A DNA stretch of 64,000 nucleotides from an uncultured Chloroflexia bacterium (GTDB lineage Bacteria > Chloroflexota > Anaerolineae > B4-G1 > SLSP01): the NCBI GenBank assembly GCA_963700595.1, contig CAVOYE010000011.1, positions 218,336 to 282,335 of the forward strand, read 5' to 3'. Shown here piece by piece: positions 39,801 through 48,151 of this stretch. A program made the position numbers and the translations under genes. The notes under the pieces were generated by a model that saw only the letters and a list, made by a program, of their open reading frames with translations, ran no database searches and had not been told where the DNA came from. Numbering within the stretch: the stretch's first letter is position 1; every line of letters starts with the position of its first letter.

Positions 39801-40153
39801 GCGAAACCATCAACCTGGACCTCGGCGACCTTGACCCCGGACAACAGGTGACCATCACGTTTGATGTAACGGTGGACAGTACAATTCCTGAAACTGCGAC
39901 GCAGGTGTGCAACCAGGGAACGTTTACCGGTGACAATGTTGCCAATTTATTGACTGATGATCCAGACCCGTCCGGTCCTGCAGATCCCACGTGCACCATT
40001 GCTTCGTCGACCACTGCGGTCACATTCACGACTTTGCAGGCGGATCAAGGCACTACTGGCTTACTCGCTGCTGTGATAGGCTTGGCTGGTAGTGCTGTAT
40101 TGGTTTACGCTTTATCCAAACGGGGGATTAAGAAATCAGATCTTTCTCGATAA
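36833..40153 (+). CDS. Large surface protein: split DUF11 + Ig-like (Big_9/cadherin-like) + parallel beta-helix + C-terminal anchor
   Basis: Signal peptide; GDTIRYTTIVTNSG; GVLANDNDPDG...DGSFTYLPTPGFEGSDSYTYTI; N/G/T/S-rich beta-helix repeats; LGDLDPGQQVTITFDVTV; TAVTF + TM + KRGIKK. Confidence 0.8.
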   Translation: MRLKMKTRKQRYMWALLGNVSLFAVIGLILMVAVGPSSADPILTASKSDIIFIDSYSNNVANAGDTIRYTTIVTNSGSTGAVNMAFVDTIDPDTTLVAGSVRTTPIARHDTYTSIGNVGISVPAGSGVLANDNDPDGSTPVLTIVSFDATSANGGSVAVAADGSFTYLPTPGFEGSDSYTYTIQDSDGNTDPATVVISVNDVIWFIDNSAGGGGDGRLGTPFDSLAAYDATAADESGDVIFLYESGSGDYSGGIILLNDQKLIGEGATATIASIAGITLPAFSNALPATSGSKPTIINAAGNGITLAANNTIRGLNVGNTTATGIAGSSVGTLTLSDVSITGSGKGVDINGGAMAATFDSIAVSSSTTGGVSLQSVSGTTNINALSITNSSSTGLLALSAGTININGAGNIINTTNGTAVNLTNTSIGSSGITFLSVSASGTDTGITLNNTGIGDFTITGNGTTDGSGGILTNLNDHGIELINVQDVFISNMNLNNAALTQEVEPNTVTCTNLSNGSNLGCNAPVHMVNANNINLTNLTINGSVQHGVNGNNVNGLTISNTDVTNIGNQNKENGMHFINLLGTVSFSNVSVIGSNTRNVLIENNTGIANVTVTGSTFNTAGSEVGLDFLGLGTANITFSVSGSSFYRNNSVQLKALASGSSTMNATINGSNTFEGNPAVTGNSGVDLDAVDGATLTFNVSGNTFQPFRSQVINVFTSGGGTASGRVNGNTITGSAFGAGVRAVAEVTDVNGTNPGITIEINNNSISGVAGGGLAGIHIEARDGSNGLTGVANVDATVINNNVTTNGADAAIQVYLEDLNGTANRVCINATGNATQAVGGAFGETDFFFGNNAASGTNSGIAQMQGYSGSVSNTWFTVNSNTSTTTIPFADSLGPIGSGTCALVASVLPAANTPMITRDVPVLHLTQNIYSDLEGVIDNALMVQRDRFEKQVSAVDRSDLVAFNTQVKAKVRTWADWFVSAFRVSPVLASGETINLDLGDLDPGQQVTITFDVTVDSTIPETATQVCNQGTFTGDNVANLLTDDPDPSGPADPTCTIASSTTAVTFTTLQADQGTTGLLAAVIGLAGSAVLVYALSKRGIKKSDLSR

Positions 40154-40204
40154 CATGCTTTAGGTTACTAGTATGATAAGAGGAACAAAGAATTAAAAGC
40201 AGTG

Positions 40205-40257
40205 TCACCGGCAATCACCCTTGTACGAGGGCGTTTGCCGGTGATCTTCTTCTTTTG
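40205..40257. terminator. Intrinsic terminator
   Basis: TCACCGGCAA...TTGCCGGTGA then TCTTCTTCTTTT. Confidence 0.6.
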
Positions 40258-40311
40258 CCCCATTCCAACACACAATTCGTGCGTGTTAGCTTTGCCAGGA
40301 ATACTTCTGAC

Positions 40312-40536
40312 TCAGAATATACTGCGCAGCATCAGAAGAAAGCCAAAAATGATCATCGGAATGCCGATCACTGCACCGATAACTGTGACCGTGACGATCG
40401 CACCTACGATCATGAAAACCAGGCCAAGAATCGCTGCGACCAACCTTCCGGTCAGTTTTAAGATCCAGGCAACCAGATTCCAGATAGCAACAAAGGGCCA
40501 TAAAAGCCAGGGAGTTTTTTTACTCTGTTCAGCCAT
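40312..40536 (-). CDS. Small membrane protein
   Basis: Hydrophobic; TVIGAVIGIPMIIFGFLLMLR. Confidence 0.7.
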   Translation of the reverse strand: MAEQSKKTPWLLWPFVAIWNLVAWILKLTGRLVAAILGLVFMIVGAIVTVTVIGAVIGIPMIIFGFLLMLRSIF

Positions 40537-40637
40537 ATTTTCACCTCAACTTGCGTGTAAGTAGATTACATATGTATACGTAACAGATGATTGCAAGTTG
40601 CATGGAAGCTGGAAAGTTAGAAATAGTGATCGAGAGG

Positions 40638-42971
40638 TTACTCCAAAGCTGACGCAGGTGGCGTCCATGTCGCCGTTAATTCCGTGCCGGCGCCGTATGC
40701 GCTATTGAGGGTAAATGCTGCACCAATGGCTTCCGCGCGCTCTCTCATGATTCTTATACCCATATTGTCCGGCAACAACTTCTGGATATTAAAGCCCCGA
40801 CCATCATCACTGATAATCAGCTTCACAATTTCAGGTGTACACTGCATGGTGACATTGACATGGGAAGCGCCAGCGTGTTTGGCGATATTATTTAAAGCTT
40901 CCTGGGCGATGCGGTAAAATGCCACCTTGACGGGGGCAGGAATTTCACATAGCTCTTTTACGCTGACGTTGACCGGGATTCTTGTCCGTCCTACTGTTGC
41001 TTCACCCAGTTGGTGCAACAACTCACTGAGCGTGGTTTCATTGAGAGCTGTGGGACGAAGTTCCAAAAGCAAAGTCCGCATTTCAGCCAACGCCCCCTTG
41101 GTCAATTCCCGCAGCTCCAAAATACGCCGCAACGCTTCATCGGGATCCTTTTGCCAGAGACGGGGCAGAATATCAGCAATAATGCCCGCAGAAAATAAAG
41201 TTTGCGTGACAGCGTCATGGAGCTCCCGTGCGAGGCGTTGCCGTTCCTCAAGCATCGCTGCCTGCTGCGCCTGGGTGTACAGATAGGCGTTTTTTATCGC
41301 TGAAGCACCCCGCCGTGCTAATGCTAATACGAGGCGCAAATCTTCGTCATCAAATGCGTTGGGTTCGGTGAAACTCACGTTAAAAATTCCAAACACCTGA
41401 TCATCCACCATAATCGGCACATGGATAAACGACCGTATTCTTTCCGGATAAGTAATATTCCAATCCACCCGTTTGTCGCTTGTCGTGTCTTTCACAACCG
41501 CTGGTTGTGCATCAATGGCGACTGTACCAATCAAACCCTCTGGTGGTTTTATGACTAACCTTTCAAGTGTCTCCGGGCGGAATCCACGGGCGGTTTTGGG
41601 ATACAGAAATGTTTTATCGTCGTTCCAGACCAGCAGCACGCTTTTATCGATTTTCAAAATATCGACGGCTACATCCACTAATGTTTGTAAAACTTCATCG
41701 AGTTCGAGGTGTTTGTATAATTCCTGATCAGCTTGATACAGGGCTTCGATTTGATTGGTCCGTTGATCGGCTTGCGCAAAGAGTTGCGCATTGTCAAGTG
41801 CAATTGAAGCGAGTTGCGCAAAGCCCTCAAGCAGTTCTACCTCGCTTTGCTTGAAGGTACGTCCGGACTTCATGGAGTAGGTTATACCGATGACCCCGAC
41901 GATATCTTGCCCGGATTTCAATGGGGCACCCATGCCTGCCGCAATAGTGTTTTCCCTTACACCCGGGGTTGGCGCGCGGTAGGGCCACACAGCGTAGTTG
42001 TTGATGACCATCGACTTGCCCTCCAGCCATACTTGCCCTGCTACACCCTGTCCTTTCTGCAAGCCAAAGCCGATTGATTTGCTGAATATGCCCACACCAA
42101 CGCGCCGTTCCAGAAGATTCTTGACAGGATTAATAAAATAAATGTACCCATCTTCAGTGCCCAATAATTCTGCTGCGCGCGCGACAATGGCTTCCAATAA
42201 ATCTGACACTTCCAATCTATTCATGAGGGCTAACGTTGTCTCGTGCAAGGCAGCAAAATACGCGTTTTGTTGGCGGAGATCCTCTTCTACACGCCGGCGT
42301 TCACTGACCTCATCTTTCAACATGTTATAGGCGAGTTGGAATTCACTGCTGACGGTGCGCCCGAGTGACATGATGAAGAGAACACCAAATATCAACAGCA
42401 GCGCACCGATCGAAATTGTCAGTGTTTGCGACGTTCGCTGCTGTTTCAGCGCTTCACTGATGTTGCTGAAAAAGCGCATTTCTTCATTTCCATACATCGC
42501 CTGAATCTGATTTTCCATGGCGCCAAGAATACTGTCGAACTGGTGTGAAGAAGTTCTGAATTGGGCTTCCGTAGGCGTGTTTCTCAGTTTACTGATTTCA
42601 AAATCGTATTGATTCAGCAGTGTTTCTATTCGTTTTAAAGCGGATACAAGTTGGGTGTTATTCAGGGCTTCTGTTTCCGAGATTTCAAGGTGTCGGTCCA
42701 GAGATGCGCGCGTTATTTCCACCGGTTCAAAGTTACTGGACCGGTCCCGCAATATCACATTGGTTTCCATACGGAGTTCGATGATCTGCCTTTGCAGGTT
42801 AGCCAGGTCGGTCACCACAAACCCGGCTTGAAAAGCAGACGCGGTATTGATGTTAATGTAGGCTAACAGCACAATACTTCCCAGGGCAATCACCAGGAGA
42901 ATGATCGTCACAACCAGGAAAACTTGCGTATTTGACAGGAAAATCTTTCGATTTGAACTTGGTTTGCGCAT
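40638..42971 (-). CDS. Membrane sensor histidine kinase, 2 GAF + HisKA_3 + HATPase
   Basis: 2 TM, GAFs, [32 protein letters not shown]. Confidence 0.9.
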   Translation of the reverse strand: MRKPSSNRKIFLSNTQVFLVVTIILLVIALGSIVLLAYININTASAFQAGFVVTDLANLQRQIIELRMETNVILRDRSSNFEPVEITRASLDRHLEISETEALNNTQLVSALKRIETLLNQYDFEISKLRNTPTEAQFRTSSHQFDSILGAMENQIQAMYGNEEMRFFSNISEALKQQRTSQTLTISIGALLLIFGVLFIMSLGRTVSSEFQLAYNMLKDEVSERRRVEEDLRQQNAYFAALHETTLALMNRLEVSDLLEAIVARAAELLGTEDGYIYFINPVKNLLERRVGVGIFSKSIGFGLQKGQGVAGQVWLEGKSMVINNYAVWPYRAPTPGVRENTIAAGMGAPLKSGQDIVGVIGITYSMKSGRTFKQSEVELLEGFAQLASIALDNAQLFAQADQRTNQIEALYQADQELYKHLELDEVLQTLVDVAVDILKIDKSVLLVWNDDKTFLYPKTARGFRPETLERLVIKPPEGLIGTVAIDAQPAVVKDTTSDKRVDWNITYPERIRSFIHVPIMVDDQVFGIFNVSFTEPNAFDDEDLRLVLALARRGASAIKNAYLYTQAQQAAMLEERQRLARELHDAVTQTLFSAGIIADILPRLWQKDPDEALRRILELRELTKGALAEMRTLLLELRPTALNETTLSELLHQLGEATVGRTRIPVNVSVKELCEIPAPVKVAFYRIAQEALNNIAKHAGASHVNVTMQCTPEIVKLIISDDGRGFNIQKLLPDNMGIRIMRERAEAIGAAFTLNSAYGAGTELTATWTPPASALE

Positions 42972-43233
42972 GTATGTCCTTTATTTAACCCGCCGATTAA
43001 ATAAACAGTATAGTTTATGTTGTTGATGCTCTATTCGGAGAATATTATAGCAATGGTTTCAATTCACCACGAATTGGATTCAAAAATCCAGTATACAGGC
43101 AGTGTACCACACAACTTTGTAGAGCGCACCCGTCAAGTGGGTAGGTGGGTAGGGTGAGGATTTTTTGGGGGAACTATATCGCCTAATAAAAAAGGGCGTG
43201 CCCTTAAGCACACCCCTTCGACATTCGTATAAC

Positions 43234-43403
43234 GACTCTACGGAAATATCCAGAATCTAAACGCAGAGGCGCAAAGACGCTGAGAAAAACTTCAAAATAG
43301 TTTGATATGATTTGATTTCAGCTGTTTTTATTACAAAATTGACAAATAAAAAATTCTGCGCCTCTCCGGTTCTGCGTTGAAAAGCCCCTTTTTCAAGGGA
43401 GTC
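43234..43403. repeat. Short inverted-repeat (REP/MITE-like) element
   Basis: Ends GACTCTACGGAAA / TTTCAAGGGAGTC; internal AACGCAGAGGCGCA.. and ..CTGCGCCTCTCCGGTTCTGCGTT are complementary. Confidence 0.5.
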
Positions 43404-43408
43404 TCTTA

Positions 43409-43909
43409 TCAGTCGATTTTCTTGAAGCTCGATCCTTTGGATTCACAAATCGGGCATTTGTCGGGTGGGGCATCGCCGGTAACCGTGTAACCGCAAGTCC
43501 CGCACACCCAATACGTAAGGTCCTTACCATTCTCTTGCTTCAGGTCTTGCAGCGCCTGCTTGTAGAGTACCTCGTGGATTTGCTCGACTTCCCAGGCCCA
43601 TTTGAATGATTTTAAAGCTTTGGCGTCGGCGTCGCTCTCCGCATCACCCATGAACTCCGGGTACATTGTCTGAACTTCATAGTGTTCCCCGGCAATGGCA
43701 GCTTCCAGGTTTTCAGCAGTCGACTTAATTTCCCCAAGGGTGCGCAGGTGGTTGTGCGCGTGGACCGTCTCAGCCTCTGCAACAGCCCGGAATAATTTTG
43801 CTACCGCGCCATAACCTTCACGGTCCGCTTGTTTCGCATAAGCCAGATATTTCCGATTAGCCTGGGATTCTCCAGCAAATGCCGCCTTTAGATCATCAAT
43901 TGTCTTCAT
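43409..43909 (-). CDS. Rubrerythrin
   Basis: AFAGESQANRKY, AETVHA, GEHYE, EQIH, C-terminal CGTCG...CPIC. Confidence 0.95.
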   Translation of the reverse strand: MKTIDDLKAAFAGESQANRKYLAYAKQADREGYGAVAKLFRAVAEAETVHAHNHLRTLGEIKSTAENLEAAIAGEHYEVQTMYPEFMGDAESDADAKALKSFKWAWEVEQIHEVLYKQALQDLKQENGKDLTYWVCGTCGYTVTGDAPPDKCPICESKGSSFKKID

Positions 43910-44135
43910 ACTTTTCCTCCAACAGTATCATTATGGGATAAGATAGGCATAATTTAATCCGGATTGACTAAATGTCAAGTTACGCAATCTGTGGGGGCAG
44001 GTCTTTATATTTTCGCGAATGCATCGGAATATAGCAGTACAACATAATGACAATACAATCAGCAAGGTAGATGGCGGTGCGGTAAAACTTTGGTTTTGCT
44101 GACCGAGTAGCTTCCCGCACCGCCACTTCAATAAA

Positions 44136-44172
44136 GGGGTAACCATTTTGGCGCAGCCAAAATGGTTACCCC
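44136..44172. terminator. Hairpin downstream of the Lia-like operon
   Basis: GGGGTAACCATTTTGGC-gca-GCCAAAATGGTTACCCC. Confidence 0.65.
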
Positions 44173-44195
44173 AAAGTAAAAAGCGGTCGTGGGAG

Positions 44196-45080
44196 TCAGG
44201 GTGCGCGTTTGACTATGATCGATCCAATGCCCAGACTCAGGGAGATATTCACGCGATTATCACTCTCATCAAACTGGGGTGATATCCAGCTATTTTCGAC
44301 TCTTGTATAATCCTGAGGCATGGTTTTACTGACGATACCGGTATCAGTTGTGATACGCACAGCCAGATCACGTGGTATCTCAATAATGATGGTCCCAATA
44401 CCGCCATCAATCAGGATGTCATAGTGACCTGCCTCTGGCAGGTCAATTCTGGCAGCCCCAATGCCAAAATTCACGTTCGCTCTGTTGACTTCCAGTTGTG
44501 AAAGATTCAGATCCATCTCGCCGATACCCAGGTCAAGATCCATATCCAGAAGCGCATCAGGGTTGAGCAGTAAGTCCCAGGATTCATGTTGTCCGGGCCA
44601 CCAGCTCCGTGATTTATTTTGCACCGTCATGCGCAACCGGGCACGAACCCCAGGTGTATATATCTCTTCAATATCAATGCCTCTGGGGAAGGTGACAGTC
44701 CCCCCGATTAGGTTCGCTGAGTCGCTGTATGCATCCAGTGCCAGTTTGCCAATGGCAGGCTTCAGTTCAAGGACAAGTGAGGAGGTGTCCTCCTTCACAT
44801 AGGCGATTTCTGAACTTATTCTGTGATCCCCACGGTCGTTCAGCATCCATGCGCCGCCCACAACAAAGGTTATAACTATGGCTGCTGTGAAAATTCTGCC
44901 GGCTAAATGTCCCTCCAACAGCAGATCCAATCCCCACACAATCAGTAGCACAGGCCAAAGACGGGTCAATTGCCAGAAGTCCCATTGGAGATATCCCAGG
45001 TTATCCAGTAATAAAAGTATACCTACACCAATAAGGAGGCTGGGACCGACGATACTGGTATGCTGGTGTTTATTGTCCAT
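44196..45080 (-). CDS. LiaF-like protein (DUF5668 TM + toast-rack/DUF2154-like domain)
   Basis: LIGVGILLLLDNLG, RLWPVLLIVWG, repeated GIG turns. Confidence 0.75.
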   Translation of the reverse strand: MDNKHQHTSIVGPSLLIGVGILLLLDNLGYLQWDFWQLTRLWPVLLIVWGLDLLLEGHLAGRIFTAAIVITFVVGGAWMLNDRGDHRISSEIAYVKEDTSSLVLELKPAIGKLALDAYSDSANLIGGTVTFPRGIDIEEIYTPGVRARLRMTVQNKSRSWWPGQHESWDLLLNPDALLDMDLDLGIGEMDLNLSQLEVNRANVNFGIGAARIDLPEAGHYDILIDGGIGTIIIEIPRDLAVRITTDTGIVSKTMPQDYTRVENSWISPQFDESDNRVNISLSLGIGSIIVKRAP

Positions 45081-45145
45081 TGTAAAAGCCCTTTCCCTTT
45101 GTTCAAAGATGGTTTAACAGGTAATTTACACCTTGAGCGCGATGT

Positions 45146-45796
45146 TTATTCCGACGACCCTTGTCCGCGCAGATTTTTCAGGATGACATACAGGCCAATC
45201 GCGATTAAAGCTACAGGCCATACCATTTGTGCTAATTGAACCGCAGCAGTCAGGAGCAGGATGCCGATGATACCCACCACAGCTGCCGGATAAAGCGCCC
45301 AGCGCATTTTGTGCCCGGTTGTTGTGGGTATCAAATATACGGCTACGAAAGTAGCAGCCACCCCAAACATAAAGAGCGCACCGCCTACCACATCTGTCAC
45401 AAATGGCTCAAAAGCGGTGACAACCGCCAGGGTAAGCAATATACCGCCTGGAATTACCGCCCACCATTGTCGCCCTCTGGTTGAGATGAGGATTGTCAAA
45501 AAACTCAGACCGATCCACGCCAGAAATACGCTGCCTGTCAATTGACTCGATAACATAGGCGCGACCGCATCCAGGAATATGACGCTGGCTAAGCCCAGCA
45601 GTGTGAAACCCGGAATAACCGGCCACCATTGCTGCGGATCACGGATAAATGAATAGACAAACAGGATGCCTGCAATCCCAAAGACGATAGGCCAGATAGT
45701 ACCCACGACCATCAGCCCCAAACTTTCCATCAAGAACAGCAAACCAGCTATGATAAGGATCGACCCCCACAACACTCGCGAACTCAACTTTGCCAT
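45146..45796 (-). CDS. LiaI/LiaF-like multi-pass membrane protein
   Basis: WWPVIPG, WWAVIPG, WPVALIAIG repeats. Confidence 0.65.
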   Translation of the reverse strand: MAKLSSRVLWGSILIIAGLLFLMESLGLMVVGTIWPIVFGIAGILFVYSFIRDPQQWWPVIPGFTLLGLASVIFLDAVAPMLSSQLTGSVFLAWIGLSFLTILISTRGRQWWAVIPGGILLTLAVVTAFEPFVTDVVGGALFMFGVAATFVAVYLIPTTTGHKMRWALYPAAVVGIIGILLLTAAVQLAQMVWPVALIAIGLYVILKNLRGQGSSE

Positions 45797-45812
45797 CTTG
45801 TTCTCCTAGTCT

Positions 45813-46616
45813 TTACTGAATATCGATTGAGCCCAGGCCCATATCAAGATTGATGTCAACCCTGTTAACTGCATTTCCGTAGTCGGGGGACTCGTAGTAA
45901 TTGCCCATACGGGGGAATCGGGTCTGGTTTATGTTCGCACTGTAGATACCGCCCCGCACGACAATGTGGGCAGCCACTTCAGGCGGGATTATCAGGGATA
46001 AGGATGCCGCCCCGCCTGAGCCCCTGACTTCAGTGAATCCAGCTTTCGCCGGTAATACGATGGTTGTTGAGCTGGCGCCGGTTTCAACACTCAGCATTTT
46101 GACAAGGGTTTCGGATAGGTCCAGGCGTGTCTCACATGCTCCGGTGCTGATTTTTAGTTTACAGGGAATATCTCCATTGAGAGCCACTGCCCACTTGCGC
46201 CGTGTGACAAAGCGGAAGGGTTGGATGGTGACCGGCGACCAAAGCTTGATATGCTTCTCGCCGGCAGTTTCTTTAACTTCGTGGTTGAGACCACCTTCGG
46301 CTAGACAGTGCAGTAACTGCTCAGAAACTCCATGGCTGTCGATAACAAGTTCACCCGCGCCGTAATTTATGTTGACAGCATACTCTTCCGCCCCATCAAC
46401 CGGGATCGATATTTCGCTGATTTCACCGGGTGCACCCATTCCGTAACCCTTCCGGCTTACCCACAGAATCCACAGCCCAAAAACAATGAGTCCCAAGGGC
46501 CATATTAAACTCCATATGCTGACCCCCAGGAAGTCGAATATATTCAGATTGTCCAACAACATGATCGTGCCCAGTACCAAAAGAACGATGCCCCAGGTAA
46601 TCCGCCGTCTTTTCAT
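45813..46616 (-). CDS. LiaF-like protein (DUF5668 TM + toast-rack-like domain)
   Basis: WGIVLLVLG...LIWPLGLIVFG; TGAC/TGAS/GGAA repeats. Confidence 0.7.
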   Translation of the reverse strand: MKRRRITWGIVLLVLGTIMLLDNLNIFDFLGVSIWSLIWPLGLIVFGLWILWVSRKGYGMGAPGEISEISIPVDGAEEYAVNINYGAGELVIDSHGVSEQLLHCLAEGGLNHEVKETAGEKHIKLWSPVTIQPFRFVTRRKWAVALNGDIPCKLKISTGACETRLDLSETLVKMLSVETGASSTTIVLPAKAGFTEVRGSGGAASLSLIIPPEVAAHIVVRGGIYSANINQTRFPRMGNYYESPDYGNAVNRVDINLDMGLGSIDIQ

Positions 46617-46635
46617 GATGTCTAGCCTCCAGGCT

Positions 46636-47163
46636 TCAGTCTTTGCGTGTGTCAAGCAATGCACGAACAAACAGGAACAACCCAAGGACGATAATCAGGT
46701 AGGGAAGGTACTGTTTGAATGGGACATAGCCAAACACGCTGCCCAGGAATGATCCAAAGACAAGGAAAAGAACAGCACTGGTCAGCATTGTCTTAAGACC
46801 GTCAAGGATTTCGGATTTCTTCCACTTGATGAGTCCCGCCAGGAAAACGCCCAGACCGGCGAAACCGGGGATAAGGGTCCATAGGAACGCCCAACTCTCC
46901 CAGGTGATGACGCCTGTGTTCTGGAAGTACAGTATACCCCCGATGCCTCCGACAATGCTGGCGGGAACCAGCATATCGGCGGTACCGGTTAGTGCGCCAA
47001 GAACGACCAGTCCAAGTGCGACAAATACAATGGACATGGGCCATGAGTATTCCCACGTGAAATATTCTTTTATACCCGGGAAGAGTTGAACCGATATGAA
47101 GATAACGCCGATTAAGATCAACATAAGACCGGAAGCAATGCTTTTTCTTTGGTTGTGATTCAT
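46636..47163 (-). CDS. LiaI/LiaF-like membrane protein
   Basis: GLMLILIGVIF, WPMSIV, ESWAFLWTLIPGF. Confidence 0.65.
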   Translation of the reverse strand: MNHNQRKSIASGLMLILIGVIFISVQLFPGIKEYFTWEYSWPMSIVFVALGLVVLGALTGTADMLVPASIVGGIGGILYFQNTGVITWESWAFLWTLIPGFAGLGVFLAGLIKWKKSEILDGLKTMLTSAVLFLVFGSFLGSVFGYVPFKQYLPYLIIVLGLFLFVRALLDTRKD

Positions 47164-47552
47164 CTTTGACTCCTTAGGATAGGAATGAAAATAAAGTGTC
47201 TCTCTATTATACGCAAGGGACTGTGTCAGGTTGCACTGTTCGAGGCAAAAAAAACCGCCATCGCAAATATTATTCGATGGCGGTCCTCAAAGAGGAGTTT
47301 ATTTGTAATAGGTTTCCCATTCCCATCTATACTATAGGCGATTGCGCCCTGATTATCACCCGTCAGATGGCTGAATTTGCAGCTATCTACATGGACGGGT
47401 TTAGTCCTGTTCTGATGACCAGTTGTAAGGTTGATGAGGTATATGCGCGCAGCCATCCAGGTATGCCAACACGCCCGGATTGTACTATCCGGGATACCGA
47501 ACCGGCATCCCATCAAGGCGGGTTAAACGGATTTATCCGGTGACGTCTTTAT

Positions 47553-48033
47553 AGCCCGGTGATTGATCACCGGGTGGACGGGAATGTCAACTTTAGGGGA
47601 GGGATGCCTGTTTTGGATCTGATTACGCTTATCAGCGCCTTAAGTTGATACCAATGGGGCAACCACACGGGGTTGCCCTCCCTGTCCTGTCCCTGATCGT
47701 GGGTTTTATGCCAACCGCACCCGGACACAAATACCCGCGCTATGGAAATGGCATCCCGCCAAATGGACGATCCCGCCCTGGATGATGCGGATGCTGCGGA
47801 AATCCTCTGCCCCATCAAACGCCCGGGGTAGGGACCTCTCGCCGAGAGGTACGCCAGGATAACGAGAACAGCAAAGGCGATCACTGTCACTTCAAACCTA
47901 AGTCCCTGTGTTTGTTTCTTCGTAGCGAAGTCGTGGAATCCATATTGACCTCAGAAATGTATACTGAAGCATAAAAGCAGATGCTTCGACTCAGTTCCGG
48001 TCGATGGAGCTCCCGTTACTCCACTCAGTATGA
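47553..48033. repeat. Cluster of REP-like hairpins
   Basis: GGGGCAACCACACGGGGTTGCCCT (47656), GTAGGGACCTCTCGCCGAGAGGT (47828), CCCGGTGATTGATCACCGGG (47555), degenerate GCTTCGACTC...CTCAGTATGAC (47983-48033). Confidence 0.55.
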
Positions 48034-48151
48034 CCTATATTGGGCATGCCACTTCTAAATGCGACAGCTCTGCCATAGCCCCTTGCTCCTTCAGTTGAGT
48101 ATGATATAGTCGGCACCAGTAACATCGACATAAACGGAGGACCAATATATT

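Noticed and set aside
47196-47890. ORFs 47196-47543, 47226-47516 and 47567-47890
   Set aside because: No recognisable motifs or good RBS; overlap hairpin and REP-like sequence
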